21,279 bases of DNA. Source: an uncultured delta proteobacterium (GTDB lineage Bacteria > Desulfobacterota > Syntrophia > Syntrophales > UBA2185). The position numbers and the translations under genes were made by a program. Where the stretch lies: contig CAVSPA010000008.1 of NCBI GenBank assembly GCA_963729715.1, forward strand, positions 1 through 21,279. Reading direction: 5' to 3'. This document shows, piece after piece, positions 1-8,671 of the stretch; the first letter of the stretch is position 1; the number at the start of each line of letters is the position of its first letter. The notes below the pieces were generated by a model. That model saw nothing but the letters and a program-made list of their open reading frames with translations. It ran no database searches and was not told the DNA's origin.

Positions 1-153
1 GTAAGTGTTAACTCTCCATTTCTCACTTTTTTGTAGATTTTCAACCAGTAATTATCGCTCGATAACAGTTAGAACGCTTGTCATATCGGGCGGGGTTGCA
101 TCTTTCCTTAGCCGATGCTATAGAACCAAAAAATCTTATTTCAGGAGGAATTC

Positions 154-1404
154 ATGAAAGACGTTGTTATTGTATCGGCCTGTCGGACTGCCATCGGGTC
201 CTTCGGCGGCTCACTCAAGGAAGTTCACGCCTACAAAATCGCAAGCACCGCGATGAAAGAAGCCGTCAAGCGTGCGGGTATTGACCCCTCTGTCATAAAC
301 GATGTTCGCTTCGGCAGCTGCATGGAGCCCTACAACGCACTGAACATCGCCCGTGTTGCGTCACTCGATGCGGGAATCCCAGAAACCTCTACAGCTGTTA
401 CCATCAACCGCGTCTGCATCTCCGGCATGGAGGCCGTCATCTCTGGCATGGCCATGATCCAAGCGGGTTTGGTTGATGTAGTGTTGGCAGGTGGTGTGGA
501 GCACATGTCGGGTGTTGCTTACGGGGTACAGGGAGCACGCTGGGGCTGCCGATTGCAGAACCAAAGCTTCGATGACATGATGATAGAGGGCCTTTACTGC
601 GGATCACGCCTCCAGCCTGGTCTGGAGCAGGGCCCGGTAAAGGAAGGTCCCGTGATCGAAGCAATGAAGGGCAAGCCTTATATAATGGGCCATACAGCGG
701 AACTTGTTGCTCAGAAGTACAACATCTCCCGCGAAGAGATGGATGCTGTGGCCCTGCGGAGCCACAACAACGCTGAACGGGCAACGAAGGAAGGTGACTT
801 CAAGGAAGAGATCGTCCCAATCGAGATTCCCCAGAAGAAGGGAAAGCCTGCCGTCATCTTCGACAAGGATGAGCACTTCATGCCCGGGCTCACGATGGAC
901 AGGCTCGCTGCACTGCCGCCGGCCTTCATACCTAAAGGGGGAAAGGTCACGGCAGGGAACTCTTCGGGACTCAACGACGGGGCTGCCGCCATGGTCATCA
1001 TGTCGGCTGATAAGGCCAAAGAACTGGGACGTAAACCAATCGCGAGATTCAAGAATGCGGGTTATGGCGGATGCCACCCTTCAATTATGGGAATGAGTCC
1101 CGCTCCGGCCGTCCGCAGCCTGATAAGCCGATCCGGGCTCAAACTTGCCGATTTCGAGCTCATCGAACTCAATGAAGCCTTTGCCGCCCAGTATGCGGCC
1201 TGCGAGAAGGAACTGGGTCTGAATCGTAAGATTACGAACGTGAACGGCTCCGGCTGTGGCCTGGGACATCCTGTGGGAGCGACTGGCTGTCGTATTATGG
1301 TGACACTGATCCATGCCATGAAGAAGCGTGGCAATAAGCTGGGTCTCGCAGCCATCTGCGGCGGTGGCGGTGTGTCCATGGCAACGGCCTTGGAGATGAT
1401 CTGA
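154..1404 (+). CDS. Acetyl-CoA C-acyltransferase (thiolase), classical CxS/NEAF/GHP/CxG type
   Basis: RBS AGGAGG upstream. Motifs [16 protein letters not shown] (nucleophile Cys), [30 protein letters not shown] and AICGGGG. Confidence 0.95.
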   Translation: MKDVVIVSACRTAIGSFGGSLKEVHAYKIASTAMKEAVKRAGIDPSVINDVRFGSCMEPYNALNIARVASLDAGIPETSTAVTINRVCISGMEAVISGMAMIQAGLVDVVLAGGVEHMSGVAYGVQGARWGCRLQNQSFDDMMIEGLYCGSRLQPGLEQGPVKEGPVIEAMKGKPYIMGHTAELVAQKYNISREEMDAVALRSHNNAERATKEGDFKEEIVPIEIPQKKGKPAVIFDKDEHFMPGLTMDRLAALPPAFIPKGGKVTAGNSSGLNDGAAAMVIMSADKAKELGRKPIARFKNAGYGGCHPSIMGMSPAPAVRSLISRSGLKLADFELIELNEAFAAQYAACEKELGLNRKITNVNGSGCGLGHPVGATGCRIMVTLIHAMKKRGNKLGLAAICGGGGVSMATALEMI

Positions 1405-1711
1405 GAGCATTTTGGTCCGACGTGTGAGAATCGAGGGGCAATATACCAGCCTCGACAATATGAATGGTAATCGCCAATCTATTTTCGCCATGCATGATGG
1501 CGATTTGGAGGTGGCAGCGAGATCGCTCGTGTTCTTCCTGAAATGTTGAAAATCTATTTCTGGCTGAATATACCTGATTTCAAGTCGCAATACTTAGTGC
1601 ATACGCCTGTTGCTTAAGCGTGCATCGCAAGATATCTCATGGGCAAATTGCCTTTTGTCGGTACGGCGACCGGTACTTGTCATCGGTCGCCTGTTCTATG
1701 CGAGAAGAAAA

Positions 1712-2185
1712 ATGGAGCATAAAAAAACTCTATTACTCATAATAGCTATACTGGTGTTTGCCTTGGGATGCACCATTTTAGACAAATCGCAAGTTGAAGC
1801 GGAAAAGTCGTCTAAAAAGACGTCCTTGGTTAATTTATCACAGTATGCAGGTCGACATTCCGAGAAAGGCATTAAATGCGCCGATTGCCATGGTAAAGCC
1901 ATACCCACACTCGACAGCGAAAGTACAGTCGAAAACCAACAGTGCCTTATATGCCATGGGCCCATGGAAAAGCTTGCTAAGAAATCGGAACCCAAGGATT
2001 TCCCTGACCGCAATCCTCACAAGTCCCATCTTGGCGATATCGCGTGCTCGGTCTGTCATCATGAACATTCAGCTTCAAGAGTCTACTGTCTCGACTGTCA
2101 CCCGAATTTCAAGATGAAGATCCCGGGAGGCGAGAGCTCAAATAATTCGGCAGAGATGAATCAAGGAACAATGCAATCGTTCTGA
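1712..2185 (+). CDS. Tetraheme cytochrome c (cytochrome c3 / flavocytochrome c heme subunit), predicted lipoprotein
   Basis: Four CxxCH motifs (CADCH, CLICH, CSVCH, CLDCH) plus extra His (GRH, NPHKSH, HHEH), spaced as in small tetraheme/FccA heme domains. Start reassigned to ATG 1712, giving signal peptide MEHKKTLLLIIAILVFALG|C with a lipobox. Confidence 0.9.
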   Translation: MEHKKTLLLIIAILVFALGCTILDKSQVEAEKSSKKTSLVNLSQYAGRHSEKGIKCADCHGKAIPTLDSESTVENQQCLICHGPMEKLAKKSEPKDFPDRNPHKSHLGDIACSVCHHEHSASRVYCLDCHPNFKMKIPGGESSNNSAEMNQGTMQSF

Positions 2186-2406
2186 TTGGTAATACTCGAT
2201 CAGGACATTTTGGGCATTTCTTATTTACGCTTATTATGTGCATCATTTTCGTCTGTGTGGGTGGAGCGGCACGGGCGACAGGGTCTGACGGAGTTCTTGA
2301 CGTAATGAGAACGCCGCATCGAGCATCGACTGCCACGGAACGCACGATATGCCTATCTTTGCTTTGGATGAAAAAGGCAGGGCGGAAAGAAGATATACTA
2401 AAATCA

Positions 2407-2435
2407 TTGACAGAATACTTTAACGAGCCTATATT
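2407..2435 (+). promoter_or_regulatory. Sigma70-type promoter for the flavoprotein gene
   Basis: TTGACA (2407-2412), 17-nt spacer, TATATT (2430-2435). Confidence 0.7.
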
Positions 2436-2492
2436 TTTCTATTGGACTAAACTTTCTCAACACACATGTATGCAGCAAGGAAGGAGACCATC

Positions 2493-4055
2493 ATGAGCAA
2501 CAATGATAATGAAAAAAATCGCCTCGAAGAAGCGGGAAGAAAATTGAAGCATGCGAAGATATCGCGAAGGACATTCATCGCGGGTGCCGGTGTCACTGCC
2601 GCCGCCGGAACTCTGGGAAGCGGTCTCTTCTTTCCACGTCCGCTGAGGGCGGTTGAGGTGCCCAAGAAGTGGGATCGAAAAGCTGATGTGGTAATCGTCG
2701 GCACCGGATACTCGGGACTGGCCGCTGCAATAGAGGCCCATGACGCCGGTGCAAAGGTGATCGTTATCGAAAAGAGCAAGGTCATCGGCGGCAACTCGGT
2801 CATCGCAAGCGGCGCCTATAATGCGGTTGACCCCGAGCGTCAGAAGAAACAGAACATTGAGGACTCCATCGACCTCCACTACAAACAGACCTTGGAGGGG
2901 GGAGATTTCAGGGCAGACCCGAAGAAGGTACGCTACATGGTGGAACATGCGCTGGAAGGCCTGCAGTGGCTCGAGAAGTTGGGTGTAGAATTCTCGCCCA
3001 CTGTCTATACCAACATCGGCGCACTCTGGCCTCGCAGCCACGACCCCGTGAAGAAAGGCCGCGGCGCCGCCATCGTCAAAGTCCTGAAGGCGCAGGTGGA
3101 CAAGCGTAACATACCGATCATTATGGAATGCCAACTTTCGGGCATTGTACGGGAGAAACCCCTGCAGGGTGACGTCTTGGGCATTGAAACTGAATACCGG
3201 AAGAAGAAAATGTATATCAAGGCTACAAAGGCGGTCATCCTCGCAACGGGTGGATTCGGAGCAGATGTGGCCATGCGCTCCAAATACGATCCCCGGTTAA
3301 CCGCCGACGTCCCTACGACAAACGTTCCCACCGCTACGGGAGAGGCCATCACTTACTCTGAGGACACGGGGGCCGATGTGGTCGGCATGGACTATATCCA
3401 GCTATTGGTCGCCTGCAACTATTACACGAAGCAGTATGGCTCGGTGGTGAACTTGGGGGTTGATTCTTGCGTCTTCGTGAATATCAAAGGCGAACGCTTT
3501 GTTGCGGAGAACGCGCGCCGCGACGTCATGGCCGAGGCGGTCCTCAAGCAGCCGAAGAAGGTACTCCTCTGGGTTGCCGATGACCGCTGCACAAAGCGCT
3601 TCAATCAGCAGGTGACGGAACAGATCATCAAGGACGGTCTCTCCTTCCGTGCCGATACTCTGGAAGGGATCGCGAAAATCCTGAAAGAGAAGTTCGACAC
3701 CCCGGAGAAGACTTTCCTAGAGACGGTGTCGAAATATAACGAAATGGTGATGAAGGGGAAGGACGAAACGTTTGGCAAAGAGACGGCAAATTTGAAGACA
3801 ATCGAAAAACCGCCTTTCTGGGCAAGTCCCACACAGGTGGGTGTCCACCACACCATGGGTGGTCTCAGGACGGAGGAAACTACGGGACAGGTCCTCGACC
3901 GCTATGGAAAGATCATACCGCGCCTGTATGCTGCCGGAGAAGTGATGGGCAGCGTCCACGGCACGAACCGGCTGGGTGGCAATGCCACGACGGAGTGTAT
4001 TGTCTTCGGCAGGACCGTCGGTATCAACGGAGCTAAAGAGAAGTTATTGGCATAA
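2493..4055 (+). CDS. Tat-exported flavocytochrome c flavin subunit (FccA/UrdA/methacrylate-reductase-like FAD oxidoreductase)
   Basis: RBS AAGGAG before ATG 2493. Twin-arginine SRRTFI followed by a hydrophobic stretch. FAD motif DVVIVGTGYSGLAAA, plus GGNS, ATGGF, VHHTMGG, LYAAGE and HGTNRLGGNA. Confidence 0.92.
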   Translation: MSNNDNEKNRLEEAGRKLKHAKISRRTFIAGAGVTAAAGTLGSGLFFPRPLRAVEVPKKWDRKADVVIVGTGYSGLAAAIEAHDAGAKVIVIEKSKVIGGNSVIASGAYNAVDPERQKKQNIEDSIDLHYKQTLEGGDFRADPKKVRYMVEHALEGLQWLEKLGVEFSPTVYTNIGALWPRSHDPVKKGRGAAIVKVLKAQVDKRNIPIIMECQLSGIVREKPLQGDVLGIETEYRKKKMYIKATKAVILATGGFGADVAMRSKYDPRLTADVPTTNVPTATGEAITYSEDTGADVVGMDYIQLLVACNYYTKQYGSVVNLGVDSCVFVNIKGERFVAENARRDVMAEAVLKQPKKVLLWVADDRCTKRFNQQVTEQIIKDGLSFRADTLEGIAKILKEKFDTPEKTFLETVSKYNEMVMKGKDETFGKETANLKTIEKPPFWASPTQVGVHHTMGGLRTEETTGQVLDRYGKIIPRLYAAGEVMGSVHGTNRLGGNATTECIVFGRTVGINGAKEKLLA

Positions 4056-4791
4056 AGTATTAAGGGTCGACGTGAAGCGTGAGCCCTTACCAAAGCTTGC
4101 CTTACTGATGCATGTTATTACTGTGGCAAATAAATATTATTTTAATTTTTTCTCTATGTAACGAAGAGTCAAGAAATAGATTTAATTGATGGCCATTTGC
4201 AATGATGTATCCGCTAAAGCTATGGAACGCTATGTTTCATGTGACCTGCCCTCGGAACATGTACCACATGTCCACGACTGAACAGTAGGTGGAGACAGTT
4301 ACCGGCTCATTTCATTTTTTCATTTCTCGATCTTGCGCAGTGCGGGTTGAAGGGTGCAAAGTTTTGACAGTTTATTCCCCTAGGATGCAGCCTACCGTTA
4401 CCTTCCTGTAAGCGTTGAATCTGCTCTTGTCGTGGTAATACAAGACTTCAATTGGAAATAAATAGAAACGGCTCTCATAAACAATAGGAACCCAAATGAC
4501 AGAATTCTAACTCTGAATGTGGCACATGTTCTGGAGCAGATTAATTTTAAGAATGCCGGATAAGGCTTCATTGTACGTCCACTTTCTCGGGGAGACATCC
4601 CCTGGCATGGCTAAAAAACAAGAATTCCAACATGAAATGTGGTAAGTAACACGGCATTCTATGCTTGGATCTGGATCAGGCGGGCAGTCGATGAACTTGC
4701 ACCGCAGACGGTTCTGAAGTGCGAGTAAAATAATCATGAAAGGAGATCAGTAGACGTGAATGAATCGAATGCTCTCAAAGAAAAGGAGACG

Positions 4792-6141
4792 ATGTTATCC
4801 CGGTTGACAGGAGGCCTGGCCAAGTGGGCCTTGCGTTGGATTCCCGACGCCATGATCTTTGCGCTGGCCTTAACGGTAATAGTATTCTTCGCCGCATGGG
4901 GGCTAACCAGTCATGGTCCCGTCCAGTTGGTCGACGACTGGGTGAAGGGCTTCTGGGTTTTGCTGACATTTGCCATGCAGATGAGTCTTTTAATGATCAC
5001 CGGCTTTACCGTAGCCGATTCCAAATCTGTAAAGCGAGGATTGATTAAACTGGTAGATCTCCCCAAAACAAAAACTCAGGTCATTGTGTTTTTCTCTTTG
5101 TTCATCGGTATTCTTTATTACCTCCACTGGGGTGTCGGTATGATGGCAGCCATTATCATGGGACGGGAGTTCGCTGTACGAAAACGCGGTTTGGGACTCC
5201 ACTATCCTTTCATCGCTGCACTGGCATTATGCTCCGGTCTTGTGGTGGCCAATGGTCCTTCCATGGCTGCTCAGCTTCTTATGGCCACACCGGGGCATTT
5301 CATGGAAAAGGTCGCCGGCATTATTCCGCTGAGTCAATCCACCTTTGATATCAAACTTTTAATCACTAACGGGTTATTGTATTTGTTAACACCCTTTGTT
5401 CTCGTGGCCATAGCACCGAGAAAAGAACATGCCGTGGAAATCGATGACGCTACCGCCGCCGCTTTTATTGCCCCACCTGAGAAACCGGCTGACAAGAAAA
5501 AGCTCACGCCTGCGGAGCGCTGGGATCGTTCCTGGGTCCTGCCGCTTTTGATTGCATTGGCCGGCCTGTTCTGGATTGGTAAGACTTTTTATGCCAAAGG
5601 CGCCGCCGCACTTGACCTGAACACCCTGAACTTTACTTTTCTGATTCTGGGTCTCTTGCTGCATGGTTCGACGAAGAGTTATATTGAATCCGTTCAGCGG
5701 GGTACCATGACCGTCTATGGTGTCATCATTCAGTTCCCGCTCTATGCCGGAATCTTTGGGATGATCAGTTTTTCGGGACTCGCTCAAATCATCGCCAATT
5801 TCTTCATCTCGATCTCAACACATGGAACTTACGCCTGGGTCATTTTCATCTACACGGGTATTGTGGATTTCTTTGTTCCCTCGGGAGGGTCTAAGTTCGT
5901 TGTTGAAGCCCCGTACATCTTGCCCGCGGCAAAGGCCCTCGGTGTCAGTGCCGGTGATACCATCAATGCTTACACAGCCGGCAGCCTCTGGGTCAACATG
6001 GTCCAGCCCTTCTGGGCGCTTCCCATTCTTGGGGCGTTTAAACTGAAGTTTCAGGATATCGCACCGTTCTGTTTGATCATAGCGACCTATTATGCAATTG
6101 TGGTGAGTATCTGTCTTCTCGCCTTGCCAAAACTATTCTGA
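4792..6141 (+). CDS. atoE: Short-chain fatty acid transporter, AtoE family
   Basis: Polytopic membrane protein with AtoE-like segments WIPDAMIFA, GFWVLLTFAMQM, IIQFPLYAGIFG, FFVPSGG and NMVQPFWALP. ATG 4792 follows AAGGAG; alternative GTG start at 4756. Confidence 0.88.
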   Translation: MLSRLTGGLAKWALRWIPDAMIFALALTVIVFFAAWGLTSHGPVQLVDDWVKGFWVLLTFAMQMSLLMITGFTVADSKSVKRGLIKLVDLPKTKTQVIVFFSLFIGILYYLHWGVGMMAAIIMGREFAVRKRGLGLHYPFIAALALCSGLVVANGPSMAAQLLMATPGHFMEKVAGIIPLSQSTFDIKLLITNGLLYLLTPFVLVAIAPRKEHAVEIDDATAAAFIAPPEKPADKKKLTPAERWDRSWVLPLLIALAGLFWIGKTFYAKGAAALDLNTLNFTFLILGLLLHGSTKSYIESVQRGTMTVYGVIIQFPLYAGIFGMISFSGLAQIIANFFISISTHGTYAWVIFIYTGIVDFFVPSGGSKFVVEAPYILPAAKALGVSAGDTINAYTAGSLWVNMVQPFWALPILGAFKLKFQDIAPFCLIIATYYAIVVSICLLALPKLF

Positions 6142-6169
6142 GGCGGTGCTGAGAAAATCGGTCAAAGAT

Positions 6170-6208
6170 AAAGAGGGTTGTCATTCATCACGAAGGTAAC
6201 CCTCTTTT
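6170..6208 (+). terminator. Probable intrinsic terminator after atoE
   Basis: AAAGAGGGTTG...TAACCCTCTTTT inverted repeat followed by T-rich sequence. Confidence 0.6.
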
Positions 6209-6645
6209 GATTTGTAAATTTCAAAACTGCCAAAAGAGAAAAGGGGGCCAGGAGATTTTTGATTTTCGCCATTACATTTCTGGAAACATAAAATCTTGGG
6301 ATTTTGACCGATAACACATCTGGATATCCGATACCGCAACGAACTTCCTCACCATCCACGGAGATCCAACCTGGGGGGGGTTGTTTCTGAGGCGATCAGA
6401 ATTCCTATCGAAGAGATTCCCAAAACATCAAATTTAGGCTTTTAACCCTTACAGATCATTCTGGTATTGTGACTGATTTTGCCGTTTCTTGGTGATACCA
6501 ATGATGCCGGATGGATATTGATAACTGGTTGTAATCCTTATATGAACAATGTCCGTTACGATAGATAGGGGTGGGTGAGTAGAACTTCCTTGTTATTCCA
6601 GTAAAGATATTTTTATATATTTGTTTCTTGATTTGAAGGTATCTT

Positions 6646-6825
6646 CATAGGCGGTTATCCCCATCAGTTGTACAACATCCTGCCCAACCCTTGTGATTAG
6701 AAAGTCGTGTGAAACGCTTTTACCTTGCTTAATTGAGGTTAGGATGTAGACGGGGAGTTATGTATTCTGAAGTAGGAGGTCGCATAGCGCCTCAATGGAA
6801 GAACACGATAATCTCCCCGCCTATG
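6646..6825 (-). ncRNA. Candidate bridge RNA / seekRNA of the IS1111-type element
   Basis: Two adjacent long hairpins (6747-6823 and 6676-6746), each with an internal loop and an apical stem carrying a bulged A followed by CUA. Several stem mismatches become G-U pairs only on the minus (transposase) strand. Confidence 0.7.
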
Positions 6826-6835
6826 TAACTATACC

Positions 6836-8085
6836 TTATGCAGCCTTTTTTATCACCTGCCCTTTCACAGATTCGTAATCGACAAGGTATTCCCCTTCAT
6901 CCCCTAGAATCGCATGTATTATCCTCAGGAGCTTCCTGGAAACTGCAACGAGGGCCATCATGCTTTTCATACCCCTGCCGGTGAGTCTTGTATAATACTC
7001 ATGCAGGATGCCATTCTTTCTTATTGCCTGCATTGCCGCATAGTAGAGTATCTTCCCCTTTTAGATATCCTCCTTCGCCCTTTCCATTTTCCCGAACTTA
7101 CCTCGTACAGGTCAAGGCCGGCAAGCTTCATGATCTCTGGCTGTGTCCTGAACTTCTTAAAATCGCCAACCTCTCCTATGAGACCTGCCACTGTCACTAT
7201 TCCCAACCCTTTTATGGAAAGCAACTTTGAACTATAGGGTATCCTCCCAAGGGTTATCTCCATCTCTCCCTCTATTTCCGCAATGAGTCTATTTACCAGC
7301 TCCAATTGAATGAGGATATGCCTTATATCCATGGACAAACCTGCTGCACCCTCTCTGATACCAATGGTATCCTTTGCAAGATTGATCAGCATCTCCGCAT
7401 GGCTCTCCCTAAATTTACCCCTGCTCCTCTTCCTCATCTCTTCGCCGAGAGCTTCCTTTTTTAAACCGCCTATGATTTCAGGTGTGAGATATTTATTGAG
7501 TATATAGAGAGCTGTCTTGACCTGTATATCCTTTATCACCGTTCTGAATTCGGGAAACAAGAGAAAGACCAGTTGCTGCAACTGGTTGAAAAGGGCCGTA
7601 CGTTCCCCGACATGCCTCTCCCTCGAGTTGTTCAACCTCCTCAGGTAGGCCGCATCACCTTCCGGGATCACAACGCTCAGCGAGTGCCCTAATAGTATAA
7701 TATCCGCCAGTACCCGGGGATCCTTGTCATCTGTCTTCAGCGGAGAGTTGTCGTTTATCTCTTTTACCCTCTTTGTGTGCATGGGATTAACCTGGACTAC
7801 CGTCACGGGCTTCTTTGACAGGTAATGGCCGATGGGTTCACCATAGGGACCTGTTGATTCGTATCCTACGATCACCTCATTGCATCTGAACCTGTTCTTA
7901 TTCACAACAATCATGCTCCAGAGCCTGTCAAGCCCCGCCCTCGTATTGTCAAATCTGAAAGGCTTTATATCCCTTCCGTCTGTGGTGGTACAGTACCCTC
8001 TGTTCATCTCCAAACCGATATCTATTGTCACGATCAGCGTATCTTCCTTTATCCTTCCTATTTTCCCTGTGCATGCTTTCTTCAT
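6836..8085 (-). pseudogene. IS110-family DEDD transposase/recombinase, frameshifted near 7051
   Basis: TIDIG, GYESTG, KTDDKD (DEDD) and AGL..SSG (catalytic Ser region) lie in ORF 7021-8085. The C-terminus KILYYAAMQAIRKNG...ALVAVSRKLLRIIHA continues in another frame to 6836. Confidence 0.9.
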
Positions 8086-8462
8086 GAATATATTCCCCCT
8101 TATTGTCTTAACGGAATAATCAACCTTGCATCAGGAGAATATATCTTTAAACTGCTTCAATCATGAACTACAATATAGCAAGCTGTAGTCAATAGACCTG
8201 CCTTTATTGCATGGATACATGATTTCAATGGATAATGATCATCTCTATCGGGACCATGAATATTCCGGGGATGCGTCTTCAGTTATAATAATTCATGGAC
8301 AATGAACGTGGAGGAGAGGTCTGTCTGAAATTTGCCGAAAAAGCCCTTCGTAGCAGATAAGACATCGGGAATTGTGATTGATCAGCGGAAAGATCGGCCA
8401 ACCCGATACAAGTCTTCCGTCATAACCGACACCACACTCCATATTTCATGGTCAAAATTCCA

Positions 8463-8491
8463 TTGACGCGCAAGATCATTCTTCATATACT
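8463..8491 (+). promoter_or_regulatory. Sigma70-type promoter for the sigma54 activator gene
   Basis: TTGACG (8463-8468), 17-nt spacer, TATACT (8486-8491). Confidence 0.7.
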
Positions 8492-8671
8492 TCCACCGCG
8501 AAAAAGCAATGCCTTATCAATATCAATACAATGAAGGGGCCTGGCCAGCAGCGGGAGCCTTATTAATATCAAGAGTAACTAGAGTGGCGTTCCGGTTTCC
8601 TTTCGAAAAGGCAGCATGCAAAACGGCCGCCCGCGAGGAAGAGCGCATTGGGATGGTAATTGAGGTCTGAT

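Larger units (their letters stand above)
6596..8158 (-). mobile_element. IS110-family element of IS1111 type (sub-terminal IRs, noncoding region downstream of the transposase)
   Basis: DEDD recombinase gene. Sub-terminal IRs at 6602-6613 (TAAAGATATTTT, + strand) and 8138-8149 (TAAAGATATATT, - strand) match 11/12. A shared core TTC/GAA at 6596-6598 and 8156-8158 lies 3 and 6 nt outside the IRs. About 230 nt of noncoding sequence follows the stop codon. Confidence 0.8.

Noticed and set aside
1610..1711. N-terminal extension of the cytochrome ORF from TTG 1610
   Set aside because: The signal peptide and lipobox begin at Met 1712, and the extension overlaps leader hairpins.
2236..2496. 86-aa ORF between the cytochrome and flavoprotein
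   Set aside because: No recognisable motif or RBS, and it runs across the predicted promoter.
4520..4535. TGGCACATGTTCTGGA as a sigma54 promoter for atoE
   Set aside because: The -24 element is good but the -12 position reads GG instead of the required GC.
6162..6359. 65-aa minus-strand ORF
   Set aside because: No motif, overlaps the atoE terminator, and lies outside the inferred IS end.
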